A stretch of 62,811 nt of DNA, counting the filler, from Stramenopiles sp. TOSAG23-3 (Eukaryota): the NCBI GenBank assembly GCA_900128585.1. It is 5 parts of 5 records of this genome, joined end to end, with 100 filler letters (N's around TTAATTAATTAA, not from the genome) between each part and the next. Parts side by side here need not be neighbours in the genome. Positions count along the whole stretch, not along the records: positions 15,257 to 30,404 come from LT642534.1; positions 30,505 to 45,651 come from LT642535.1; 3 more parts are not named here. One strand, written 5' to 3'. The notes beneath the pieces were generated by a model. It did no database searches. It was not told the DNA's origin and saw nothing but the letters and a program-made list of their open reading frames with translations. Below are positions 22,662 to 34,038 of the stretch, piece by piece; within the stretch, counting starts at the first letter, position 1, and each line of letters starts with the position of its first letter. Made by a program: the position numbers and the translations under genes.

Positions 22662-25600
22662 CTAGGACTGCACTTTGTCCGTGTTTACCACTGTCAACTT
22701 CTTTTGCTTCTGGTCGTATACGTAAAACAAAGGACCATCGGGATGTTTTGAGTACAGCTTGGTGGTTTCGTTGAAGTACAATTTAGTGCCTGGGTTATAC
22801 CACAGTTCGGAAGTTTCGTCGAAAATAAACTTGCCTTTCGTCTTTCTTTGTGGGGACGCTATTTGCAAGGAGGGAGAAAGCTTTTCGTGGATGGCAACAG
22901 GACTGGCGACAGGTGGACTCGACTGCACGTCCATTACTCTGCCGTTTCCAGGGGCGGGCGTTGGGCTCTTTTGCTGCGCTTTCTTTGGGGAATGGTTGCG
23001 CAAAATCAACGCCAACGAGGAAGGCAAAGTGGGGGGGAGCTCGCACTTCCTTGAGTGGACCGTGTGGACCATGTGAAACAGTACGCCGAACACCCTTGGC
23101 GACAACGGACTCCTTGGGTTTTGCTGACACAAAGTGTAAATAGACTTGAGCGTGGCTTTCTGGATTTTCGACTTGGCAAAGAACCCTATCGCGTCTTCGG
23201 AGCGACAGTACCCCTGACCTTTGGCCACTTGATTGAAGAAATCCATGTAACGACTCGCCTGCACCTTGGATATCTTCCACATGCCCTCTTCCGCTGCGCG
23301 CCGCGTCTCTTCTGCCAACCGCTCCTCTTCCGTCACTCGCTCCTCTTCCGCCAACCGTTTCTTCTCGGCCATTCGATTCTCCTCCGCCAACCGTTTCTCC
23401 TCATCCATTCGCTTCTCTTCCGCCAACCGCTTCTCCTCCGCCAACTGTTTTTCCTCCGCCAACCGTTTTTCCTCCGCCAACCGTTTTTCCTCCGCCAACC
23501 GTTTTTCCTCCGCCAACCGTTTTTCCTCCGCCAAGCGCTTCTCCTCCGCCAACCGTTTTTCCTCCGCCAAGCGCTTCTCCTGTTCCTTTCGTGCAAGAAT
23601 GTCTGCTTCCCGCTTCTTCATGTCCTCTTCCAACTTTTTCTGCAGAACCCGCACTTTCTCTTCTGCTTCTGCTTGTGCAGAAGCGTTGGTCATATTTTCA
23701 GCCGCCGTGTCTGGGACGGGCTCGGCAGGGTTGGGTTCGGTATTGGGGACTTCAGTGACAATTTCTTGAGTTTCTTTTGGTTTTATAGAATCAACCTCGT
23801 GCACTTCAAACGGCTTATCCTTTCGTTTCTTCTTTTTCTTTGTTTTTCTTTTTTTCTGCTTCTTTGCCCCAGGGGTGTTGAAGGCATTGTCATTGCTGTC
23901 CGCTGCATCTGGTACCCCTTCCCCGGGCGTCTGCGAATCCCAGCCTGTTGCCCCATTATCAAAACCAGCAGTATCCCACGACGGGGCCTCCCCGAAATTC
24001 TGCCCCCAGCTACCACTGTCGTCGGTTTTGCTGTTGGCGACGCCGCTGGTATCGTCTTGATCATTCGATGCCCCCTTCCATTCCTCATCGTTAAAACCAC
24101 CGCCAGGGGCACTGAATGCATCATCGGTGTTCCAACTATTATCATCATTGGTATTGACGATTGGGCTGTCCCAATTCATCGCAGCGTTGCCCAGCTCGCT
24201 AGCAAACAGGTCTCCCTGATTGTCATTGGCGCCCGTAACAGCATCTGCAAACACAGATGTCCCAGCATTGGACGCCATGTCACCCGCAAAAACGTCGTTC
24301 CCATCGTTTTTCCCTCCTGTTTTGGCGTCATCTGCGGCTGACTCGGTTGAAAAGTTGGGGGCCACGTCGCTTGCGAAGAAGTCGTCATCCTTTTTTACCT
24401 TATCTGCGGCAGGTGGAATCGGCTCGGCGGCGACCGTGGTGCTGGGATTGTCGTTGTCATCTAGGCTGGTGAATCCTCTGTCCTTTTGTAGCTCTTCCAA
24501 TTTGAGCTCGTCTTGAGCAGCTTCTTCGTCGCTGCTGCTCCCCATTTGTGCCCCCCCGATATCATTTTCAGGGACCGGGATGCCTTTAAACTTCCCGTAC
24601 GGCAAGTTTTCGCAACGGGCAATTTTGAGGTTCGACACGGAGATTGGCAGCCCCGCTTGCGCCATTCCAATTAAGCGCATGGCAACGTAAAACTTCTCCA
24701 AAGTCAAGGAACCCTGCTGGTCGTAGTCTGTGATGTCCCATATCAACCGAAGGTCTTCCATGGCCACGCCAGCTTGTGGCAAAAACGCGATTGCAGCCTC
24801 CCCCGTTAAAATTTCGTTGACGGCCCCAGCACGCTGAAAGAGCCCGTCGTAGTAGGACCGTTCTACATCGCTTTGGGGTGTGTAAAACGTGCCTTGGGCG
24901 TCGTCGCGCTCGACCAACGAGGCGACGTCTTCATTTTGCTGTATAAGAGCATCGTTCCTCAGTTTTTGGGCCTTGGTCTGGTTCAACTCCGTCGATGCCG
25001 TGCGGCTGCGCGGCTCGTCTTGGTTGAACATCGAGCCGACCAACGCCCTTGAGAGGGTATCGCTTCGTTCGCGGTCTCCGGGAGAGTCTCCGCTCTCGGT
25101 CCCAGACTTCAAAATGTCCGCCAGCGCGTCATCAAACGAGCTCTCAATAGCAGCATTTGACACCATTTCGTTCTGGATGTCAATATTGTCATTGTTGCGG
25201 TCCCCAAAATTGCCCCCCCCGGACTGCAGAAGGGTCGCCACCTGCTTTGTCAGGCCCGGCGGGAGCTCTCCTTTCGCTTCCGTGCGGCCGAGCGTGCTCA
25301 ACAGCGCGGCTACTTCTTCCTCTGAGGTCTGAACGGGGAGTGGGCTATTTGGCGGAGACGACCGGCGGTTCCCCTTGTACTCGCTGAAGCGATCGTTTTG
25401 GTACGTTACGCCGCGCGCAAAGGCACCGGCGCGCATCAGCGAAGCTATGCCTCGCTGTGCGTTTTCGACTGTTTTTAAGTTCTGCAACACGCTGAGCTTT
25501 CCTGCGCTCCGATACACGCGCATCAGCAAGACCAAGGTGTCTCGAAACATAGGCTTCTTTACGTCCATCGTGTACCGATGGTCCTTCATCCGAACGTGCA

Positions 25601-26582
25601 GGGTGCTTGAACTTGTGCGGTCCGAAAACGCCATAACTTTTCCGAAGTGCGGCTCTTTTTTGGTCGTCCTATTTGATTGTCGCAGTTTGACTTTCGTCTT
25701 CGTTATTACGATGCTCAGCCTCTCGGTGTCCTCCTCCTGTTTCCCCCAGCCTTTTCCGCGGACCACGGTATCGAAGGAGATGTCCTTCCGGCTTTTAAAT
25801 ATATCGAACACGTTTATGGCCAGCTTTTGGTGGGGCAGCACGGGGGAGGAGAATGCGGAGAAGGACGATTTCCCCCCGTTCACACTAACTTCTACCCGTA
25901 GGCTTTCCCCCACTTCGTCTACCAGAGGAACGTACATCCGCTTCTTTGACACCAGGATCCCTGTCCCGTTGAACCATTGCACGGATACAATCCGGTCCTC
26001 GTTCGCGTTCTCTGGCATGCCCTCGATGCTCAGTACGACGTTGGACACTTTCCCCGCAACAGGGGCAGGCTGTATTTTCAAGTTTGTCACGTAAATTCCT
26101 GGACTATTGCGCAGGCTGTCTATGTCCCCGAGCGTCGATAGGACGTTGTGAAGCGTTTTTTGTTTGGAGGCCAGCAGCTGTACGATTTTCTTCACCTCTG
26201 GCTTCAGTGCCTTAGTCGGTGGCGTTTCCGACCGGTCTCGCTTGAGATCGTTGAAGTTGTCAGTGGAAATGTTCGCGTTGCGGTGCTGAGGCGTGATCTG
26301 GCTCATGGGTCCTGGCGTTTCCTCCCGCTGCTTCTGCGCTGGCGGCCTTGGTGGGTGGGTCATGGCTTCATTGTACGGTGGCGGGACCGCATTCCCTGGC
26401 GTGCTCGCACCGGCTGTGCTCCCGTTGGCTGCCGGGTCCGGGTTTCCGCCCAAGTTAAAGTAGTGCTCTATTGCTGCTTCTAAGTTACCATTTACGTGTT
26501 GCAAGTAACTCATTGCTACTGGCTCGGTACAACCCGTTAGCTCTCTAAAATTTTGAACGAGCTTCTGCACATTGTTGCTCAT
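22662..26582 (-). CDS. Multidomain endocytic/actin adaptor: UBA-like, SCAB-like Ig-PH, EH, EEKRLA repeats, EH, OCRE-like
   Basis: FRELTGC..AMSYL..NGNLEAAIEHYF (UBA); LTGEAAIAFL...LRLIWDITDYDQQGSLTLEKFYVAMRL (EH); second EH; aromatic FDETSELWYNPGTKLYFN (OCRE). Confidence 0.85.
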   Translation of the reverse strand: MSNNVQKLVQNFRELTGCTEPVAMSYLQHVNGNLEAAIEHYFNLGGNPDPAANGSTAGASTPGNAVPPPYNEAMTHPPRPPAQKQREETPGPMSQITPQHRNANISTDNFNDLKRDRSETPPTKALKPEVKKIVQLLASKQKTLHNVLSTLGDIDSLRNSPGIYVTNLKIQPAPVAGKVSNVVLSIEGMPENANEDRIVSVQWFNGTGILVSKKRMYVPLVDEVGESLRVEVSVNGGKSSFSAFSSPVLPHQKLAINVFDIFKSRKDISFDTVVRGKGWGKQEEDTERLSIVITKTKVKLRQSNRTTKKEPHFGKVMAFSDRTSSSTLHVRMKDHRYTMDVKKPMFRDTLVLLMRVYRSAGKLSVLQNLKTVENAQRGIASLMRAGAFARGVTYQNDRFSEYKGNRRSSPPNSPLPVQTSEEEVAALLSTLGRTEAKGELPPGLTKQVATLLQSGGGNFGDRNNDNIDIQNEMVSNAAIESSFDDALADILKSGTESGDSPGDRERSDTLSRALVGSMFNQDEPRSRTASTELNQTKAQKLRNDALIQQNEDVASLVERDDAQGTFYTPQSDVERSYYDGLFQRAGAVNEILTGEAAIAFLPQAGVAMEDLRLIWDITDYDQQGSLTLEKFYVAMRLIGMAQAGLPISVSNLKIARCENLPYGKFKGIPVPENDIGGAQMGSSSDEEAAQDELKLEELQKDRGFTSLDDNDNPSTTVAAEPIPPAADKVKKDDDFFASDVAPNFSTESAADDAKTGGKNDGNDVFAGDMASNAGTSVFADAVTGANDNQGDLFASELGNAAMNWDSPIVNTNDDNSWNTDDAFSAPGGGFNDEEWKGASNDQDDTSGVANSKTDDSGSWGQNFGEAPSWDTAGFDNGATGWDSQTPGEGVPDAADSNDNAFNTPGAKKQKKRKTKKKKKRKDKPFEVHEVDSIKPKETQEIVTEVPNTEPNPAEPVPDTAAENMTNASAQAEAEEKVRVLQKKLEEDMKKREADILARKEQEKRLAEEKRLAEEKRLAEEKRLAEEKRLAEEKRLAEEKRLAEEKQLAEEKRLAEEKRMDEEKRLAEENRMAEKKRLAEEERVTEEERLAEETRRAAEEGMWKISKVQASRYMDFFNQVAKGQGYCRSEDAIGFFAKSKIQKATLKSIYTLCQQNPRSPLSPRVFGVLFHMVHTVHSRKCELPPTLPSSLALILRNHSPKKAQQKSPTPAPGNGRVMDVQSSPPVASPVAIHEKLSPSLQIASPQRKTKGKFIFDETSELWYNPGTKLYFNETTKLYSKHPDGPLFYVYDQKQKKLTVVNTDKVQS
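23300..23580 (-). repeat. 18-bp coding minisatellite (EEKRLA)n
   Basis: About 15 tandem copies of ttcctccgccaaccgttt-like units. Confidence 0.9.
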
Positions 26583-26882
26583 TGTGCCGGCACCTAATTA
26601 CCCTTATAGACAAGAAAAAGCAAAGGAAAAAAATGGACCTCTCCCTTACAAACACACTCGTACCAGACGACGGAAGAAGTTTACCACACACGACTAAATG
26701 AAAGAACCTGTGTGTGTGTGAGTATATACGTCGTTGCAATGTTTCACGAAATTAATTCTCTGTCTCTCTCCTTCTCGCTCTCTCTCTCTCTCTCTACTGC
26801 GTCTTCACTGTCATCTGACAGAACCATCGGTGACAACTATCTTCTTCTTTAGAACTTTCTCGATCCCCAATGATCAAATGCA

Positions 26883-26920
26883 GAAGAAGAAGAAGAAGAA
26901 GAAGAAGAAGAAGAAGAAGA
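26883..26920. repeat. (GAA)n microsatellite
   Basis: Directly visible. Confidence 0.9.
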
Positions 26921-27370
26921 AAAGAGAAAAATAATCCTTCTTCTTTCTTTTGTCGGGGCTTGAGGCTTGAGGATGCTTAAGGCTTAAGTAATAAGGAAAT
27001 TATATTATTACATTATTAATAAATACAAAAATAACTCATTTTGTATATATTATATAAATTTCATACAAATAATAATTATTTGGTAATATTCCTTACGTTG
27101 TTATGTTATTTAAAGATATTTTTTTATATCTATGATATATGTAAATAGCATGGACATCCAGCTTTGTTAGTTGGTGGACTGAGAAGCTGAAAAGAAAGAG
27201 AGAAGAAGACTTGAGACTTGAGAGCTTGAGAGCTTGAGAGCTTGAGAGCAAAGCTAGAAAGTAGAAGGACTGAATTTTAAAACAAACCTTTTGTATTAAC
27301 ACAGCAAGACTCAAACCTTTGAAACTTGTTTAACTACTCACACACGGCACTGTGTACTTTTAGTTTACAC

Positions 27371-30300
27371 CTACTTTGAACTTTTTTTTTGTTCCTTCCC
27401 CTTTGTTTCCCCGTTTGTTTCAATTCCTACAGAACTTGCTTTCTGTGCAATTTTGTTCCGTTTGGATATTTTGTCGGCGACGGCTTTTTGCAACGAAAAC
27501 CGGTAGTTCTTGCATTTGTCAGCACCCTCTAACCCTTCCAAGAGCAGGATAACAGCTTTGTTGGTAAGCCCGAAGAAGTTGGGGCCGGAGATAAGAATGC
27601 CGCTGGGAGGCATCCCGAGCTCCTTCTTTTTGGCTTCGATCATTTGCAAGCACATGTTCCACGCCCGGGTGGAAGTGGAGTCGGAGACGATTGGGGCACC
27701 GGGGGCGTCTTCGGCTGTCAATGTAAAGCTTGGGGTTTGGAACCCATTCGACGCCATCGGCGCACCGATCTCCTGCGTATACCACACCCGTTTCGTGGGG
27801 TCCGTGAAACTTTGGTGCATGCGTTTGCTTTTGTACCCTATTGGAAATATGTAGCGTTTGGTACAAAGGGGCGGGTCCGAGAGCTTTCCCGTTCCCAGCA
27901 CCGTTGTCCCCCCTCGTAATTCGACGGGAAACTTGGTCTGGCTCAATATTTTCTGAGACACCGACTGGCACACTCCTGGCGTCACCACAGCGGTCGACCC
28001 GGTCGCGGCCGCCTCGTTTGCGAGGCGTTCGGCGGCCTCCAAAAAATCTGGGTACTGAGTCGTCTTCCTCGCCCCCGTTGGTTTCCTCTTCGGCGCCTTC
28101 TTCCTTTTGATCGTCGCTTTTTGCAGTGGGGCCGCTCGTTTATTGGACAACTCGGCTTTCTTGTCAATTTTCCCCCCGCTGAGGAACGAGGACAGGCTGA
28201 CCTGCTGCTTTGCGGCGCCTGGCGGCTTTGGCCCACCGACGGCTGCCTTTTTGAATATGGCCGCAGGCCGCAGGGGGGCGAGCGGGTTGTAGCGGCTGAT
28301 GGTGTTGCAAAGGAGTTCAAACCGCGCACGCAGGACCAGGTGGGGTTTGTCCATGGAGGAGGCGATGGTCATCCCGTTTCCGAGATTATTGAACCCGTCC
28401 AGAGCGACGTTCTCCAACAGTTTCTTGTCGCTCGCGCTTTCGTACCAGCCTTTTTCGGGGACTTTCATTCGGGAATTGGCAGTTCTCAATCTATTCGGCC
28501 CTTTGGCAAGGCGTACCATCGCTTTCTCCACCAGCTCTGCCTTCTTGCCTAGCACGCGCTCGCGGAATCGGACGAGCGCCTGGTGCCGTTGTCGCAACTC
28601 CTTCTGCACACGCACGGATATCTCCAGCGTTCCAAACTTGAACGCTCTTTCTTCGTCATCGTCGTCATCGCTACCGTCCAGGAGGCGTTTCAATTCCATC
28701 ACTTTCCCGAGAACCTCGTCGTCCGTCTTTCCCCCAAGCCCGTAATCGGATGCCTCTGCGTGCGCAACAATCATTTTGAGCGTGCTCGGCACGCTGGCGT
28801 AGTTTGGAATTTCCATGCGGTACAGTTTGTCCCCACGCTGCTGGTGTTGGTCGTCCTTGTTCTCGCCCTTGCATGGGAACCCGTAGCACTTTGTTGCATG
28901 AACGAGCGCGCGATAGTGGTCCTTGATCCACTGCTTTGTCCCTCCCGCCTTTTTCACTTTTGGCACGCCAACGTTCACCAAGGGAATTATTCCCTCGCTG
29001 CCGCTGTAGGACCCATCGTCCGCGTCCGTGCTGTCGTCTTCGGAGGACGACGAACTGTCCGAGGACGACGAACTGCTGGATGACGACGAACTGTCGCCTT
29101 CGCTGTCGTTCTGGCCGTCCGGAAACAAATAATCGTACTGCGACGGCGCACTCTTGGAACGCTTGGCGGTGCTGGGTTTGTCGTTGGTGGCCTCGTTGGT
29201 TTTGGCGGCTTCTGCTGCCGTTTTCATTTTTGCCAACTTTGCCAATGTTTTCTTCGCAACAAGCTTCTGACGCTTTCGTTTCGTTGGCTCCGCGGCTTGG
29301 ACCGTTTTCTCTGGGCTGGGCGTCGCAGTTCGTTTCGCAGGAGTCGCTTTCGCACCCTTCTTCTTCGCAGAAGTCAGTGCCGCGCTCTCTGTTTTCTCAG
29401 GAGTCGCTTTCGCGGTCTTCTTTTTCACAAGGGTCGTTTTCGCATTTTTTTTTGCAGGGCTTGCGGAACTTGTTTTTGCCTTCTTCTTTGCAGGCGTTTG
29501 CTTCGGCTGTGCTTGCTTGCGACGCACGAACCGCTCAGGAACGTTTTCGCAAACCATCCCGTCCGACAATATTTTAAGTTTGCACACGTTGCTTTCCCGT
29601 TTCAACAGCAGACACTCCTCCCAATCCCCCTTCCACTCGCCTTCATGGTCGGCATCACATGCGGCAACTTCGTATACACCTTCTAATGGGACGTCCACTG
29701 GCGGACGTTTTCGTGCGCGGCGGGGACGTTGGTTTGCCGCGGGAGGCGACACTTTCGATTTGGCCGCCGCGAGGGGCGCCTTTTTCTTCGATTTCCCTGA
29801 CGACGAGGGTGTTGCAGACGCCGCTGTCGGCGCGAGTGTCGATTCCGCCGTTGGAGTCGCTGGGACAGATGCAGGTTTCACCGAAGCTTTCGGTTTCTTC
29901 AACGCTGGCACAGCGCGCTTTCTTCCCTTCTTCTTCTTGGTGGCGGGTGTTTTTGTCCCTGCCGTTTGTTTTTTTTGGGTGGCGAGCTTCTCCGACTCTG
30001 CCGTTTCGGCCTGCAAGAGGCTGAGCGCGTGGGCAGTGTTCACGCGCACGAACCGCCCTGGTACTCGTGAACAGACCATCCCATCCGACAATATTTTCAC
30101 CGTGCAATGGCCAGACGGCGACTTTCTTAGCAAGTCACAGGCCTCCCAAGCCCCTGCCCACTCCCCGATGTGCGACGCGTCGCAGGCGGCGACTTCAAAT
30201 CCCGGCATGGGGTACTCGTTCCCGCGAAAGGACGACGGGGACGGGGCGTTGGCGGCGAGGTTCACCGCGACGGCTTTCCCCTGATCGTACGCTTTAACCG

Positions 30301-30404
30301 TTCTGTTGAACTCCTTGTCCCCGTTTTTTTCAGAATAATTGACGGCATTGCGTTCTCTAGAGGACCGTCGTTTGACGACGCTTCCATGCTGGTGTTCCTC
30401 TTTG
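27371..30404 (-). CDS. Chromatin-associated protein with two Tudor/Agenet-like repeats and C-terminal FYRN/FYRC; 5'-truncated
   Basis: YIFPIGYKSKR and ISGPNFFGLTNKAV..LEGL..ADKC (FYR); duplicated EVAACDA.H.GEW...KILSDGMVC..VP.RFVR; frame stays open to contig end 30404. Confidence 0.85.
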
Positions 30405-30504
30405 NNNNNNNNNNNNNNNNNNNNNNNNNNNNNNNNNNNNNNNNNNNNTTAATTAATTAANNNNNNNNNNNNNNNNNNNNNNNNNNNNNNNNNNNNNNNN
30501 NNNN
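30405..30504. other. Artificial contig linker
   Basis: N44-TTAATTAATTAA-N44. Confidence 0.97.
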
Positions 30505-31231
30505 AGACCGTATCCATAAGGCAACAACAATGAAGGAAAAGTGGAGAATGGTTCGTTCGAGGGGTGTGGTCTCTGGTCGGCTGTTTTACGAAGGAGTGTC
30601 CGTGCTGTAACTGTTCCCTACCTACCGTACCTCTGCTCGTATATATATTTCTGTTCGTTATTTATTATTAGCTATGAAATCGTCCTGGATTTTAGGGGAC
30701 ACACTCTGGAACGCGAGCTTCAAGCTGCGCATGATGATGTAGGGCAGCACAACACGAGGACAAAAAAACCAAAGCAATTCTGCGTGAACAAAACTACGCA
30801 CAGTACGTATTCTTCAACTAACTCCTAATAATTGGCATGTACGGAAGGAAGAAAAAGGGCACACCACAGTAAGAGAACTTGAGTTTACGCAAGCAAAGTG
30901 ATTTAATATACACAAATGAAGAATTCCTGCCTGCTGCGTGTAGCATGCGCGTTGGGGAACGCTACGGCGGCGGTGGTGGTTTCATAAAAATTATTATTAT
31001 TAGTACGGTAATCAACTGCTTCTTCTTGTTGTTGTGCTGCTGCTGCAGCAGTATAGTACAGTTGTACGCACCACATTAAAACAAAAAACTATTGAGCAGT
31101 TTGGCCTAGGCGAGCGATTCGGTTCGATCCGTCGCAACGCAGACCTAACACCAAATTGCACAAATCTGTGCACAAGCCGAAACGTTTTACTAGGAAGGGC
31201 AGCTGTTGAACAGTAAACGTTCATAGACATT

Positions 31232-32782
31232 ATGGGAATTCACCAAATTGGGGGCGCAGGGGCCCCCCACGTCAAGCGGGACAAGAAATTTGTAAACCGA
31301 CAAAACAAAAACAAGGCTAGCTTTTTTGGACCGGACATTCTGGATCCATTTGTCCGTGTTAGAGTTGGAAAGACCGGGGAGTCACAAGAAACCGAGGAGG
31401 TAGACGACGGCGGGCGCAACTGCGTTTGGGAGGAGAAGCACAAGAACAAGTTGACCTTTGAGATCGAAAACGCGACCGACTTGGCAGAGAACCCGGACGC
31501 CCTGGACATTTTGGTGACTGTGCTGGACAAAGACTTGCTGGACGACGATCTGATCGGCTTTGGAAGAATTAAGTTGAGCGACTTCATCATGAGGTTTGGG
31601 GCCAAGCCGTTGACAGAAGTTGCCGTCGAAGTTCCCGTGAAGAGCAACAACAAATTCACAGGCATCCTGCACTTGGCAATTTCCACGGTGCACAAGGACG
31701 GGAACGTTCCCGACGGGTCCAGGGTGCCCCCGTTTACCCTGATCGTCCACGTGCAGCATGGGGAAGAGTTGACGACCCCGATGACTGCCATCGACGACGA
31801 CGACCAGTCGTTTGCACAGTTCGCCCTCTACACCTTCGTCCTGCTGGCGTACATGGCCGGCTACTCAGCATTTTTCCACTATTGGGAAAAATGGTCGTGG
31901 AGCGACGGGATCTACTTTTCCATCGTCACCTTCTCCACGGTTGGCTTTGGAGACTTGAAGCCGACCTCGGACGGCGGAAAGTGGTTCATCATAGGGACTG
32001 GGCTGTTTGGGGTAGGCGTGGGGGGCGTGTGTCTGAACAACATGCTGTCTTACTTTATTGCCCTGTACTTTCGCATCGTGAAAGGCTGCCGAAAAGCAAG
32101 CACGCGGAAGAAGAAGAAGAAGGCAAGTGGCGGCGGCACGAAGGTTGCCCCCACCGACTACCACGACGACAACATTGTTCACGCCGACACGGACGCGCTG
32201 GAGTTGGCACTGCGCCAAAAACGAAAAGCGACGGAGGGGTTGAAGAAGAACATACTCAAAATCGTTGGCATGTTTCTGATCGTCCTGGTGCTGTGGGTCC
32301 TCGGCGCGTTGTTTTTCATGCAAACCGAAGGTTGGAGCCTCATCGATGCCCTGTACGTGTGCATGGTCACGATCCTTACCATAGGGTACGGGGACATGTC
32401 GCCCACCACTGAGATCGGGCGCTTATTTTGTTCTGTATGGTTAGCCGTAGGATTTACGTTTGTGGCGCGGCTAATCTCCAAAGTCTCGGAGACGTACATT
32501 AATTATCGGACCAAGAAACTTCGTGCCAAAATATTAAATTCAGAAGTCAGCAAAGTCACCATCCTGAACATGGACGAGAACGGGGACGGCGATTTGGATC
32601 GTCTCGAGTTCCTTACGAACATGATGATGATGCTCGGGATGTGCGAGCGGGAAGAGATAGACGCCATTTTAAGGCGCTACGACGTGTACGAAGCCCACCG
32701 CAACAAGGGCCAGACGACACTAAGCAGCCGGAAGTTTAGTTTAGAAGAGGAGGAACTCCGCCGCGCCAGAGGGACTGGGTAA
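31232..32782 (+). CDS. C2-domain two-pore (TPK/K2P-like) potassium channel with C-terminal EF-hand
   Basis: C2 (DPFVRV...VLDKDLLDDDLIG); pores STVGFGD and LTIGYGD; 4 TM; DENGDGDLDRLE. Confidence 0.92.
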   Translation: MGIHQIGGAGAPHVKRDKKFVNRQNKNKASFFGPDILDPFVRVRVGKTGESQETEEVDDGGRNCVWEEKHKNKLTFEIENATDLAENPDALDILVTVLDKDLLDDDLIGFGRIKLSDFIMRFGAKPLTEVAVEVPVKSNNKFTGILHLAISTVHKDGNVPDGSRVPPFTLIVHVQHGEELTTPMTAIDDDDQSFAQFALYTFVLLAYMAGYSAFFHYWEKWSWSDGIYFSIVTFSTVGFGDLKPTSDGGKWFIIGTGLFGVGVGGVCLNNMLSYFIALYFRIVKGCRKASTRKKKKKASGGGTKVAPTDYHDDNIVHADTDALELALRQKRKATEGLKKNILKIVGMFLIVLVLWVLGALFFMQTEGWSLIDALYVCMVTILTIGYGDMSPTTEIGRLFCSVWLAVGFTFVARLISKVSETYINYRTKKLRAKILNSEVSKVTILNMDENGDGDLDRLEFLTNMMMMLGMCEREEIDAILRRYDVYEAHRNKGQTTLSSRKFSLEEEELRRARGTG

Positions 32783-33156
32783 GCAGTAGTTGTGCGAACG
32801 CCCGCTTAATTTTGTATGGTAAAAGAACAAAATGTAATTGGGCTGTTCTTTTGATATTTAGAAAACATATTTTAGGACTACTGAAATTTCCAATTCAATT
32901 ATTTATAGTTTAAACTTAAAAGTAAGTAAAAAATAACAAATCTGCCTTGGTGCAGAGAAATAATCACATTATTTTTTTACGAAGTATACTTCTTTCTCCT
33001 ATCTTTTTACGTTCACTGGCACCTCTTTACTTGAACTGATGAAACCGAAAGCAATATCCGCCACAGGTTGTGCACGACCGTTGGGTGATTGAATCAAAAC
33101 TTTCTTCTCACCGTGGCCAGTTTTGTGGGGTCTTTACAGACGACGACCGGGACTAC

Positions 33157-34038
33157 TTACATTCCGTTGTAGGCATGGGCAGACATGGCAATTTGCAGAC
33201 CATTGACAACGTAGTTCACGATGGCCATGTCCGTGCCGGTGGCAGCAAGGCTTGGGCCACTGAAGGTCAAGTACATTCCGACGAGGGAAACCGCAATCTG
33301 GATCACGTACGAGTTTTTCCTTACGGTACCGGTGCAGTTCATCCAGTAGTTCCCGTCCATGATGGTGAGGAAGATGGAAACTCCCAGAAAGCCGCACATT
33401 GCTTGGCAGGACGCACTTGGGGTTTCCCCCGCGGCCTCCCAGTACCCACGACCCCCCATGACGCCAACGTTGAAGGTGTTGAAGAGGACCATGAAGTTCA
33501 GGAATGCGGTGACTTTGTTTTGCGTGGTGTTGAGGACTTGGGAGACCGGGTCCAAGGAGGCGCCGTCACCCCCCATGCGAGATATCATCATGCCGAGGAA
33601 GATGCACGCCAGGCCCATGTAGTACTCGTTGTCGACGAGCAGGCCGCCCGCGCCCTTGGCGCCGGTGGTAATCATCCAGACGAACCATCCCATCCATTGG
33701 ATCGACATTGTGAAAAGGTGCCTTTTCTTGTCGCTGGCACTTCCGTTTCGCAGGGTGTTGAACGCGCTTGCGGCGAAGGTCAGGTTGATCAGCCCCATCC
33801 ACTTTGGAAGTTCCTGGCAGAGCGCCGTGCCGCACTCTTCGCCGTAGAATTTCGTGCAAGCGTCGCCTTGGACGCCAAGGAACGTTAGCCCGTACAGGGC
33901 TTTCGTGGCAATATTGAAGTAAAGCGCTTGGTCGGCGTTCACGAAAGGCTTCCATAGGGTGAGGTCACCACCGGACTTTTTCTTTGCGGCCGCCTTTTTC
34001 GTTGGGGTTCGCTTGGTTCTGGACTTGCTACGGGGCAT
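33157..34038 (-). CDS. Multi-pass membrane protein, unknown function
   Basis: 293-aa GC-rich ORF, about 7-8 hydrophobic segments, basic N-terminus. Confidence 0.75.
   Translation of the reverse strand: MPRSKSRTKRTPTKKAAAKKKSGGDLTLWKPFVNADQALYFNIATKALYGLTFLGVQGDACTKFYGEECGTALCQELPKWMGLINLTFAASAFNTLRNGSASDKKRHLFTMSIQWMGWFVWMITTGAKGAGGLLVDNEYYMGLACIFLGMMISRMGGDGASLDPVSQVLNTTQNKVTAFLNFMVLFNTFNVGVMGGRGYWEAAGETPSASCQAMCGFLGVSIFLTIMDGNYWMNCTGTVRKNSYVIQIAVSLVGMYLTFSGPSLAATGTDMAIVNYVVNGLQIAMSAHAYNGM

Noticed and set aside
27208-27250. (CTTGAGAG)x4 repeat resembling a family A arm or telomeric repeat
   Set aside because: Short simple repeat lacking the rest of the arm; not a known telomere unit
31095-31153. 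tRNA-like hairpin with GGTTCGATCC and a downstream CCA
   Set aside because: No consistent acceptor, D and anticodon arms could be built
30505-31231. Short ORFs upstream of the C2 channel
   Set aside because: No motifs, and no convincing splice path into 31232 could be established
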